This document shows positions 32,753 to 41,060 of a stretch of 64,000 bases of DNA, piece by piece. The translations under genes and the position numbers were made by a program. How positions within the stretch are numbered: the stretch's first letter is position 1; every line of letters starts with the position of its first letter. Source of the DNA: a virus; IMG/VR virus record IMGVR_UViG_3300010165_000001, positions 32,001-96,000 of that record; one strand, given 5' to 3'. The notes under the pieces are model-generated. The model did not search any database and had not been told where the DNA came from. It saw only the letters and a list, made by a program, of their open reading frames with translations.

Positions 32753-33024
32753 TATCTCACCTCAATATCTACAGTATCATGGTCTGACCAAGTGTCTAAC
32801 TTAACATTAGTTTCTACCTCTATATCAGATAAAACATCCTCTATACCTTTATAAATATCCTCTGAGAGTTCATCTTTATCAATAACACCTTTATTAAAAG
32901 CTTCTGCTATCACAACTTCAATAATAGTTTTAAATTCTATCTCGTTAATCATAACCTCCTTATCAACTTTTAGATGTCTAAATAAATCATAGTTCTCAAA
33001 TAAATCTCTAATTGTAATTTTCAT
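32752..33024 (-). CDS. small acidic protein (90 aa)
   Basis: AAAGGAGAGG RBS with ATGA-type coupling to the polymerase gene. Confidence 0.65.
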   Translation of the reverse strand: MKITIRDLFENYDLFRHLKVDKEVMINEIEFKTIIEVVIAEAFNKGVIDKDELSEDIYKGIEDVLSDIEVETNVKLDTWSDHDTVDIEVR

Positions 33025-33055
33025 CTTAACCTCTCCTTTTATTCGTTATGTATAT

Positions 33056-33084
33056 AGTGTATCACAAACAAAAAAAGAAAGCAA
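33056..33084 (-). promoter_or_regulatory. candidate promoter (extended -10) nested in a terminator
   Basis: TTGCTT (33084..33079, the 3' arm of the hairpin), 17 nt, TGa-TACACT (33061..33056). Confidence 0.45.
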
Positions 33085-33100
33085 GTACTAATTGCTTTCT
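33070..33100 (-). terminator. rho-independent terminator
   Basis: AGAAAGCAA-TTAGTAC-TTGCTTTCT (9 bp), then T7. Confidence 0.75.
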
Positions 33101-33387
33101 GTGTTTATATCTTCTATCGCTTTTTCTAGTTGTGTTAATGGTTTAAATTCTATATATTTTCTTTCTGGTAATTCAAAGTATTCTTTATTAAAACCATCAT
33201 ATGCTTTCTTACTTGGTCTAGTCTTAATCTCTAATTGAAATAGTTTATGATGTTTGATTTTCTTATGTCCTTCTGATATAAATTCTGCTATACTATCTTC
33301 TTCGGCTTCTAGTATTTCTTCTATATCTCTTATAAAATAACCTGTCTTATCAGATATTCTTCTAGCTAAGTCTTTTCTGTTAATCAT
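33088..33387 (-). CDS. HU/IHF-like DNA-binding protein (99 aa)
   Basis: MINRKDLARRISDKTGYFIRDIEEILEA.. has the typical HU N-terminal helices, followed by a beta-arm region. Confidence 0.65.
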   Translation of the reverse strand: MINRKDLARRISDKTGYFIRDIEEILEAEEDSIAEFISEGHKKIKHHKLFQLEIKTRPSKKAYDGFNKEYFELPERKYIEFKPLTQLEKAIEDINTESN

Positions 33388-34112
33388 GAGGTTATATTAT
33401 TCTCCTTTTTGACTTTAGTAATAATTTTAGATACTTCTTCGTAGTCTTTATCTGTGTTTGTTATTATATAGAGATACATTTTCCATACCGATAATGGGAG
33501 TCTTAGTTTAGTTGTAAAATCATATTTGTAATCAGGTTTAACATCATACCCTTCCCCATCATAGAAGTAATACTCTTCTTGGTCTTCTTGGATACTTGTT
33601 AGTCTAGGAAATGATAAATGAATCTCATCTACACTCATCTTCAAACTATATAGACCTTTAATAATAAGATAAGGGTTAACATAAGGGAAAGTAATAGCTA
33701 CATCAATAACTACTTTCACACCCATATAACTTAAAGATATATTATCAATTTGTTTATCTGTGAAATCTTCTTTCATTTGATAAACTACAGTAGAGTTTTT
33801 ATTATTAGATAATTGTTTAAATACATAGTAAGGAACAACTGTATCTGTATAAAATGTAACCCCACTACTATGTGAACATATCTTTTCTATAAGTCTATCA
33901 TTATTATATTGTTCATTAAATAACATGTACTTCTTATCTGTCTTAGCTTTGTATCTCTTAGACTTCTTTTCTAATTCATTCATTTCTTTTTCTATTTCAT
34001 CTTCATTAAGTCTAGTTACTTTTATGTACTCTTGGAATTCATCTTTTGTCTTTGTATGAATGTTAAAGTACCTATCACTATTATATATAGTCAGTGTTTT
34101 ATTTTTACCCAA
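33384..34112 (-). CDS. hypothetical protein (242 aa), TTG start
   Basis: TTG lies 6 nt after AAAGGAGAG. Confidence 0.7.
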   Translation of the reverse strand: MGKNKTLTIYNSDRYFNIHTKTKDEFQEYIKVTRLNEDEIEKEMNELEKKSKRYKAKTDKKYMLFNEQYNNDRLIEKICSHSSGVTFYTDTVVPYYVFKQLSNNKNSTVVYQMKEDFTDKQIDNISLSYMGVKVVIDVAITFPYVNPYLIIKGLYSLKMSVDEIHLSFPRLTSIQEDQEEYYFYDGEGYDVKPDYKYDFTTKLRLPLSVWKMYLYIITNTDKDYEEVSKIITKVKKENNITS

Positions 34113-34138
34113 CTTTAACTCTCCTTTAATTTTATATT

Positions 34139-34187
34139 AAAAAACACCACTACCCTGTTACATATATTATAACATAAGTAGTGGTGT
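34139..34187 (-). terminator. long-loop hairpin terminator
   Basis: ACACCACTAC ... GTAGTGGTGT (10 bp) with inner TGTTA/TAACA pairing, then T6. Confidence 0.6.
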
Positions 34188-34194
34188 ATTCAAA
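34166..34194 (-). promoter_or_regulatory. candidate promoter with its -10 in the hairpin loop
   Basis: TTTGAA, 17 nt, TATAAT (34171..34166). The -35 is weak. Confidence 0.35.
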
Positions 34195-34200
34195 ATATAA

Positions 34201-34593
34201 TTAGCTTAAACTAATTCCTAAGTCTTTTACTAAAGCATCCATTTTATTAATACCTTCTGTAGGTTCTTTTATTTCTTTTTGAGAAACTAGTTCTCCATCT
34301 TTAAAACCTAATAGTGTAGGTACTTCTTTAATATCAAAATACTTTTCTACAGTTTCTTTTCCTTCTTTAGCTTGGTCTGTATTTAAGTTAACTGAGTGAA
34401 TATCTAATTGTAAGGCATCTATATAACTTCCAATACCAAACTCTAACATAGAACAAAAACCACAATTATCTTCACTAATCATTACTAATAACTTATCATT
34501 AGTTCCAGCTAAAGTTTCTAATTCTACTAAACTTTCTACTTGTTCAATCTTTTTAGGCTCCATAATAATCTCCTTTATTGTTAAGCTTCGCAA
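34201..34593 (-). CDS. thioredoxin-fold protein, CGFC active site (130 aa)
   Basis: ..LLVMISEDNCGFCSML.. then ..EVPTLLGFKDGE.. (cis-Pro region). Overlaps the nrdA end by 13 nt. Confidence 0.6.
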   Translation of the reverse strand: MRSLTIKEIIMEPKKIEQVESLVELETLAGTNDKLLVMISEDNCGFCSMLEFGIGSYIDALQLDIHSVNLNTDQAKEGKETVEKYFDIKEVPTLLGFKDGELVSQKEIKEPTEGINKMDALVKDLGISLS

Positions 34594-36263
34594 TTAATAC
34601 ATAGTTTTGATAGGTTGAATTGTTGTGCTGCATTAGTACCATGTTGGTAATATAATGATTTAATTCCATTAGCCCAAGCAAATAGGTATAATTCATTTAA
34701 TTCTTCAGAAGTAACATTAGTAGGATTAACCATAATATTTAGAGATTGTCCTTGGTCAATATAATATTGTCTTGTTGCTGCTTGGTCTAAAATATTATAT
34801 TGGTTGATTTCTCCATAAGTCTTGAATACTTCTTTTTCTGTTTGGTTTAGGAAATCTAAGTGTTGAACAGAACCATCAGTATCTCTAATACTTTCCATTA
34901 CTTCTTTTGTGTCCTTACCTTTTTCTTGTAATAATTCTTTTAGATAAGGGTTAATCATAGTTTTTTTAACTTTAGCAGTATCAACAACATAGTAGTTACT
35001 CATGAAAGGTTCTATTGATTTAGAAACTTGTCCAAGAATGAATGAACTTGAAGTTGTTGGAGCTACAGCGAGTAACGTTGTGTTACGTCTACCATACCCT
35101 TTTAGAATTTCTGGTTCTCCTAATAAGTTTGCTAATTCTTCACTTGCTTTATATGCACGTTTTCTTATTAAAGCAAATATTTGTGAATTTAATCTACTTG
35201 CCTCCACACTTTCAAAAGGAATAAGTTTAGATTGTAAGTATGAGTGCCAACCTAACACACCTAAACCTAAGGCACGATTTTCTTTAGCAAAGTTGTAAGC
35301 ACGCTCCATTAATTTAAAAGCTTCTACTTCTTCTCTATCTCGTGAATCTCTCATTAATTCTAGGTCTGAAATAAACTCACTCATTACTGCATCTAAGAAA
35401 TAAATCATTGTTTCTACTGCATCAGTGTCTTTCCATTCTTCATATTTAACTAAGTTCATACTAGATAAGTCACAAACAAATGACCAATCTTCTTTATTAG
35501 GTAACATTATCTCTGAACATAAGTTTGAGTTGTTAATTAATAATCCTTTATCTTTATAAACATCTACCGTATTTTTATTAGCATTAGTATGGAAGAATAT
35601 ATAAGGGAAACCTAGTTGAGTTCTACGTGTAAGTACTTTAGACCATATTCTACGTTTCTCTGTATCACCATTAATCATCTCTAACATCCAGTCATCTGTA
35701 ATAGATACTGCATGTGTCATGTTTTGGATTGGGTTACCTTCTGTACCTATTTCTAAAAATTCATCAATATCAGGGTGGTCAATAGGTAAGTAAGGACTAA
35801 AACGTCCTCTACGTGTGTTTCCCTGAGATACTACATCTGTTTCTGTTTCAAATAATTTCATAAAATGTACAGAACCACTTGTTTCACCATTATCAGTGAT
35901 TTTAGCACCTCTAGGTCTTATTTCACCAAAGTAACCGCTAGTACCTCCTCCATACTTACTCATTATTCCTACTTCACTGGCAGAGTTTAAAATACTTGGT
36001 ATGTTATCTTCAACATAACTACCAAAACAACTTATACTTAATCCTTTACCTTTACCAAAGTTAGCCCATACAGGACTTGATAAGGAATAAAAACCTCTAC
36101 CCATGTAATCATAAAATTTATCTGAAAAGCCTTCGATACCTAAAATATCTTCGGCTTTATCTGCTATATCTTTAATTCGTTGTTCAGGTGTCTCACCCTC
36201 ACTTAAGTACCCTCTTTCTAAGAATACTCGTGAATCTGTGTTTAACCATTCAAAGTTTGCCAA
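34581..36263 (-). CDS. nrdA: class I ribonucleotide reductase alpha subunit without ATP-cone (560 aa)
   Basis: LSISCFG, NNSNLCSEIMLP (N-x-C-x-E), VCDLSSMNL, KSLYYQH (YY pair) and a C-terminal CINCEA redox tail. Confidence 0.9.
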   Translation of the reverse strand: MANFEWLNTDSRVFLERGYLSEGETPEQRIKDIADKAEDILGIEGFSDKFYDYMGRGFYSLSSPVWANFGKGKGLSISCFGSYVEDNIPSILNSASEVGIMSKYGGGTSGYFGEIRPRGAKITDNGETSGSVHFMKLFETETDVVSQGNTRRGRFSPYLPIDHPDIDEFLEIGTEGNPIQNMTHAVSITDDWMLEMINGDTEKRRIWSKVLTRRTQLGFPYIFFHTNANKNTVDVYKDKGLLINNSNLCSEIMLPNKEDWSFVCDLSSMNLVKYEEWKDTDAVETMIYFLDAVMSEFISDLELMRDSRDREEVEAFKLMERAYNFAKENRALGLGVLGWHSYLQSKLIPFESVEASRLNSQIFALIRKRAYKASEELANLLGEPEILKGYGRRNTTLLAVAPTTSSSFILGQVSKSIEPFMSNYYVVDTAKVKKTMINPYLKELLQEKGKDTKEVMESIRDTDGSVQHLDFLNQTEKEVFKTYGEINQYNILDQAATRQYYIDQGQSLNIMVNPTNVTSEELNELYLFAWANGIKSLYYQHGTNAAQQFNLSKLCINCEA

Positions 36264-36279
36264 TATCTATTCTCCTCCA

Positions 36280-37629
36280 TTAATTACCTAGTGTTAACAT
36301 TCTCATTCTTAAAATCTCATTAACCTTGTCTTTAGACAGTTTTTCTTCATTTTCCTCAAACTCTGAATTAGATGAGAATAGTGTATCTTCTGTTACTGTA
36401 TTTGTAAATTTAGTATAGTTAACAGAACGTTTAGATAAGAAATCCGTTAGTTTCGTACTAATAACTTCATCATCAAACCATGCTGTTTCTGCTAACACTT
36501 CTTCATCAATTTTAAATAATTTTTCAAATCCGATTGATTCTAAAGAATTGTTTAATCTGTTTTTAATAAATTCTTTTACAGTACGCTTAGGTAAGAACTC
36601 TAACTCACCGTCTTCATATAACCAGTCTAAAACTTTTTTCTCTGTTTCATATGAATGTTCGCATGCTTCATATACTGTACGTTTCATTTCCCCATCGAAC
36701 CATTCAGGATGTTCTCCTCTTAAGATATTAATAATTTCAATACCAAATAGACCATGAATTTGTTCTTCTTTAGATGTAGCCTCAATAGCATTAGATAACC
36801 CTCTGAATAGGTTCTTATGTTTATTGAAACTCATCATGATTAAGAATTGACTGAATAATGATACATGCTCAATAAATAGTGAGAATAGTAATACTGACAG
36901 TACATAGTCTCTATTATCTTCACTCTTACTTAATTTAGTGTGCATAGTAAGCTCATCTACACGCTCTCTTAATGCAGGTATATCGTCTATATGTTTAAAT
37001 TCTTCATTTAATCCTAACAATTCTAGTAGGTGAGAGTAAGCATCAGCATGTCTAACTTCTGATTCTGAGAACGTTGCACCAACTGCACCTGTTTCCCATT
37101 TAGGCATACGATGATATAGGTCACCCCAAAATGTTTTAACAGCAACTTCAACTTGTGCAATAGCTAACATAGCATTTTTAATTGCAGTTCGTTCGTGAGG
37201 TTTAACATTTTGTTTAAAGTCTTGAATATCACTTGTATAATTAAATTCGGTATGAATCCAATAACTGTTTCTAATAGCATCTGCATATTCTAGTAATTCA
37301 GGGTATTCATAAGGTTTTAATTCTTTTCTTGGTTTAAATATATCTCGTCTACGTTCTCTATCTCTTTTGTCTCTATACAAAATAAAAGCCTTAGCAGTAT
37401 CTTTATACTTACTACCAAGCAATACTTCTTCCACTGTATCTTGAACACACTCTACTGTAAGTGTCTCTTCTTTTTCTTCTAATAGACTATCTACATCTTC
37501 TACTAAAGTATCGATATTATCTTCCAAGAACTCATTCGTTTCTGTATTAGCTCTTAGGATAGCATTTGTTATTTTATTTAGGTCATACTCCACAACAGAC
37601 CCGTCACGTTTCTTAATTTGCGTAATCAA
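36280..37629 (-). CDS. nrdB: ribonucleotide reductase beta subunit with N-terminal ATP-cone (449 aa)
   Basis: Residues 1 to about 92 read IKKRDGSVVEYDLNKITNAILRA ... AFILYRDKRD, which is an ATP-cone. The rest is a ferritin-like R2 with QVE, SEVRHADAY (ExxH..Y), FIEH and KEEQIHG. Confidence 0.9.
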   Translation of the reverse strand: MITQIKKRDGSVVEYDLNKITNAILRANTETNEFLEDNIDTLVEDVDSLLEEKEETLTVECVQDTVEEVLLGSKYKDTAKAFILYRDKRDRERRRDIFKPRKELKPYEYPELLEYADAIRNSYWIHTEFNYTSDIQDFKQNVKPHERTAIKNAMLAIAQVEVAVKTFWGDLYHRMPKWETGAVGATFSESEVRHADAYSHLLELLGLNEEFKHIDDIPALRERVDELTMHTKLSKSEDNRDYVLSVLLFSLFIEHVSLFSQFLIMMSFNKHKNLFRGLSNAIEATSKEEQIHGLFGIEIINILRGEHPEWFDGEMKRTVYEACEHSYETEKKVLDWLYEDGELEFLPKRTVKEFIKNRLNNSLESIGFEKLFKIDEEVLAETAWFDDEVISTKLTDFLSKRSVNYTKFTNTVTEDTLFSSNSEFEENEEKLSKDKVNEILRMRMLTLGN

Positions 37630-37644
37630 TCAAATATCCCCTTT

Positions 37645-37956
37645 TTATTTATGTTTTTCAATCATTTCCTCAATTTTTTCTTTAGGTGCAAAACCATTAA
37701 TACTATCTACTTTTTCTCCATCTTTGTATAGTATCAATGTAGGAATACTCATAACTCCAAGATTTGAAGATACATCAGGTTCTTCATCAATATTAACTTT
37801 AAGAACATCCAGGTCATTAGATTCTTCACCGATAGCTTCTACAGAAGGCATAACCATTTTACATACACTACACCAAGGTGCCCATAAATCAACTAGGTTT
37901 AACCCTTCTTTTGTTTTATTATCAAAATCTTTTGTTTCTATATCAATTACTGCCAT
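37645..37956 (-). CDS. thioredoxin (103 aa), WCSVC active site
   Basis: LVDLWAPWCSVCKMV and ..MSIPTLILYKDGE.. are canonical Trx landmarks. Confidence 0.85.
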   Translation of the reverse strand: MAVIDIETKDFDNKTKEGLNLVDLWAPWCSVCKMVMPSVEAIGEESNDLDVLKVNIDEEPDVSSNLGVMSIPTLILYKDGEKVDSINGFAPKEKIEEMIEKHK

Positions 37957-37971
37957 TATTAAACATTCTCC

Positions 37972-38580
37972 TTATAATTTATCCATAATATTTTCTATAG
38001 CCTTGTCCTCATCTTTATTATCTTTTGTAGTTTCACTTTCTATCACTTTATAAGGTTCAGGCTTAAAATCGTCATAGTGATATTTAATATAGGAGGTCTT
38101 AAAACTGGTCAACGTATCAATGGTCATTATCATTACATCAAAATATTGTTTATCTTTTCTTATATTTTCAGTAATGAAATCCGTTCTCATGATAGGCTCA
38201 CCTGTGTCTCTTACATCTTCATATACACTTTCAATATATGGTAATGCTACAAATGTGTTAGCTCTATTCCTTGTAAATATCAAACAAGGAGCTTTACCTA
38301 TTCTATTTGAATCAGTGATTACTTGCTCCCACCAAGTATGTGGTTCTTTGTTATTAAGCATTATATTTTCTATTGTCCAATTTTCTCTATGCTTACATTC
38401 TATTACTAATGGAAAGTTAGCTTGCGGAGGGGCAACTATATCCCCTACCGCATTATTATCAGCTAACCAATGAGAACCTCCTGATTGAGGAGTTCTAGAA
38501 AACTTGAACCCCCACCAATCACCAAGGACTTTAGCAATCTTTCTCTCGAAAGTATTACCTTTTTGTTTACTATTAACCAT
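37972..38580 (-). CDS. Hjc-like PD-(D/E)XK endonuclease, putative Holliday-junction resolvase (202 aa)
   Basis: KQKGNTFERKIAKVL.., GDIVAP..LVIECKH (D..ExK). Position matches the resolvase gene of Twort-like phages. Confidence 0.6.
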   Translation of the reverse strand: MVNSKQKGNTFERKIAKVLGDWWGFKFSRTPQSGGSHWLADNNAVGDIVAPPQANFPLVIECKHRENWTIENIMLNNKEPHTWWEQVITDSNRIGKAPCLIFTRNRANTFVALPYIESVYEDVRDTGEPIMRTDFITENIRKDKQYFDVMIMTIDTLTSFKTSYIKYHYDDFKPEPYKVIESETTKDNKDEDKAIENIMDKL

Positions 38581-38975
38581 TATTTATCGTCTTTCTTGAA
38601 TTGGACAACTTTCTCATCAGATTTATTTTCTTTTTCTTCTGCTTCTTGGTCTTCTTTGAATTTCTCTTGGATTTCTTTCTCTCTTTCATCAAGAGCTCTT
38701 TCAATATCTTCTGTAGTTACATTAATTTTATCACGTAAAATAAAGAATACTGAGTCTAACATTGCTGTTAAGTTGTTAATATCACTTTGAGTTTCTAGTC
38801 TTACTAAATACTGTGCAATTGTAGAAGCATCAGCTAAGTTTACTGTTCTCTTAGATAAACGTTCTAATTGTTTTACTTGTTTTTCAGAAGGTTCTTTACC
38901 TTCTACTTTACCAAACGTAATAAATTCTACCCACATTCTTAAGTCTTGTTCACTAATTTGTTTTTCTTCAGCCAT
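38580..38975 (-). CDS. hypothetical protein (131 aa)
   Basis: ATGA-type coupling. K/E-rich. Confidence 0.7.
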   Translation of the reverse strand: MAEEKQISEQDLRMWVEFITFGKVEGKEPSEKQVKQLERLSKRTVNLADASTIAQYLVRLETQSDINNLTAMLDSVFFILRDKINVTTEDIERALDEREKEIQEKFKEDQEAEEKENKSDEKVVQFKKDDK

Positions 38976-39292
38976 TATTCATTCTCCTCTACTTTTTGTT
39001 TATTTTCATAAATTTTATTTTGCATCTCTTCTACAGTATCTTCTGTAATAATTCCTGTGTCAATCATAGATTCAATCATTATGTTTAAATCTTCAACTAA
39101 CCCATCTTCTGTATTAGTCATTTGTGTATCAATGTTACGAATTAAGTTAGTTACAACTAATGCTAATTCTTCTCGTGTAACAGTAATATCTCTACCTTCT
39201 TTTAAAGTTTCTTCATAGTCTTGTTTATCTTTCATTGTCATACTATGAATAACTTTATCAATATAATTTAAAATACTTTCTTTCTCTTCCAT
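38975..39292 (-). CDS. hypothetical acidic protein (105 aa)
   Basis: AAGGAGGAAA RBS. Promoter upstream. Confidence 0.7.
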   Translation of the reverse strand: MEEKESILNYIDKVIHSMTMKDKQDYEETLKEGRDITVTREELALVVTNLIRNIDTQMTNTEDGLVEDLNIMIESMIDTGIITEDTVEEMQNKIYENKQKVEENE

Positions 39293-39321
39293 CTACATTT
39301 CCTCCTTGTGTCGATATATTC

Positions 39322-39350
39322 ATTATACCACAATATCTTGTATTTAACAA
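39322..39350 (-). promoter_or_regulatory. sigma-A promoter (extended -10)
   Basis: TTGTTA (39350..39345), 17 nt, TGg-TATAAT (39327..39322). Confidence 0.6.
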
Positions 39351-39352
39351 GC

Positions 39353-40414
39353 TTAATTTATAAGTTTTTGTTGAATTTCATAATTTGTTAATCCTTCTGG
39401 TGTTGCTTTAATTCTTTTGTCTTTAATTAATTGAAAAGCTTTCTCAGTACCTAAATCATTTGGGTCTTCCTCCCCATGAGGTACAACATAAGTATTTGGA
39501 AACTTCTTAAATAATTCTCTAGCTACTTTTACATTGTACGTATAAGCATCACTATCTAGCATTAAATAAATATCTGTGTCTGGTTTTACATATTTCTTAA
39601 TCAATTTAATTTGATTATCAGATACTGCTTTACCGAATGTAGCTATACCGTATTGATGAAATGTTAGTGCATCAAAAACACCCTCAGTTATAATTAACAT
39701 TCTTTGGTCTTTAGCCTTATTGAAGTTAAATAAAACATCTTTCTTACCATATTGTTCATCACTTGCAGGTGCATTAATAGTTTTCATCTTGGTTGGAATA
39801 ATACTTCTTGTATTCCAATAAACGTATTCACCTTGTGCATTATACGTAAAGAATATTAAACTATTGTAGAAAGTAAAGGTTTGAATATTATCTGACTTAT
39901 AACATTTAGACTCTACAGTATAAGCAATATTATGTTCGATAATTTGCTGTAGTGTAACCCCTCTACTATTTAGGTACCTTAGAAAAGGAACAGCTTCTTT
40001 ATTATATAAGTTTTGAGATAAGAATTTATAATTAAAAGGTAATTTAGGTGGCTTCTTTTTAACTTCATATTCTTCAGGTTCTACACCTCTTAGTAGAAGT
40101 ATTAACTTTTCACTATCTGATAGACTATTATCAAATTTAATTGTTTTATCCATGTCTATTTCAATATTATTTTGTTCTAATAGTTTTACTGCATTTCTAC
40201 TATCAACGTTATAATATTGTTTCATAAATGTAATAGGATTTCCTGTTTCACCACAATTAAAACAAATGTATTGTCCATTCTTAGAATCTAAAGATTGTTT
40301 AACATAGAAACGTTTCTTTGTATCTGAACAGAAAGGACAATTATATCTTAATTCTCCTACTGTACTTTCTAAAGGTGCACCTAAAGTACCTTGTAAAAAT
40401 TCTTCAAACCTCAT
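39353..40414 (-). CDS. DnaG-type DNA primase (353 aa)
   Basis: Zinc ribbon CPFCSD..CFNCGETG and Toprim IITEGVFDALTF .. LMLDSDAY. Confidence 0.85.
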   Translation of the reverse strand: MRFEEFLQGTLGAPLESTVGELRYNCPFCSDTKKRFYVKQSLDSKNGQYICFNCGETGNPITFMKQYYNVDSRNAVKLLEQNNIEIDMDKTIKFDNSLSDSEKLILLLRGVEPEEYEVKKKPPKLPFNYKFLSQNLYNKEAVPFLRYLNSRGVTLQQIIEHNIAYTVESKCYKSDNIQTFTFYNSLIFFTYNAQGEYVYWNTRSIIPTKMKTINAPASDEQYGKKDVLFNFNKAKDQRMLIITEGVFDALTFHQYGIATFGKAVSDNQIKLIKKYVKPDTDIYLMLDSDAYTYNVKVARELFKKFPNTYVVPHGEEDPNDLGTEKAFQLIKDKRIKATPEGLTNYEIQQKLIN

Positions 40415-40418
40415 ATAA

Positions 40419-41057
40419 TCATTCCTTTAACATATACTGTAGACTTTCAAGTCTATCTTTATATCCTATCCCTTTTCCAATACTTGCAATTTTCTTCATA
40501 ATCACAGTCATATTATATAACTGTCCTAATTCATCATAAGCATTGTTTAAAGTATCATCACTCTTACTTAATGCTCTATCAATTTGTGTCGTTAAATCAT
40601 TATCGATTAGTCTCTTTAATTGTTTATTATTTAAAGTCTCTTTATATTTCTCTAATACAATTAAATTAACTTTTTCAAAAATCATTCTAATCTTAGCAAA
40701 GTTCATTAATACTTTTTCTATATCAAAGTCTTCATCTATGAATGTAATATCAAATTCCTTTGCTCTTTCTTTAAGTTTAAGGTTATCTTCTTTCACACTA
40801 TCAAATGTAAAGTATTCAGTGTAATCTTGTTCATCTACTAAGTAAGTGTCTGTTTCTTTATAATGTTTAGGTAATGTAGAAGTTAATCTACATAGTTGTA
40901 TTTTATCACCTGTATTACTTATTTTCAAGTCATATGCTAAACTTAATGGATACCATTCAATTAAATTATCCAAGTTAACCTTAATAATTTTATCCTCTGA
41001 ATTCTTATATCTACATTTCAAATAACTATTTTCCCTATCTTTAATTACTAATTTCAC
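40419..41057 (-). CDS. hypothetical protein (212 aa)
   Basis: Tightly packed between the Rad50-like and primase genes. Confidence 0.7.
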   Translation of the reverse strand: MKLVIKDRENSYLKCRYKNSEDKIIKVNLDNLIEWYPLSLAYDLKISNTGDKIQLCRLTSTLPKHYKETDTYLVDEQDYTEYFTFDSVKEDNLKLKERAKEFDITFIDEDFDIEKVLMNFAKIRMIFEKVNLIVLEKYKETLNNKQLKRLIDNDLTTQIDRALSKSDDTLNNAYDELGQLYNMTVIMKKIASIGKGIGYKDRLESLQYMLKE

Positions 41058-41060
41058 TAA

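Noticed and set aside
29609-37629. Introns or inteins in the polymerase, nrdA or nrdB genes, which are common in Twort-like phages.
   Set aside because: All catalytic motifs are contiguous in single ORFs of normal length. No embedded endonuclease ORF or unexplained insertion was seen.
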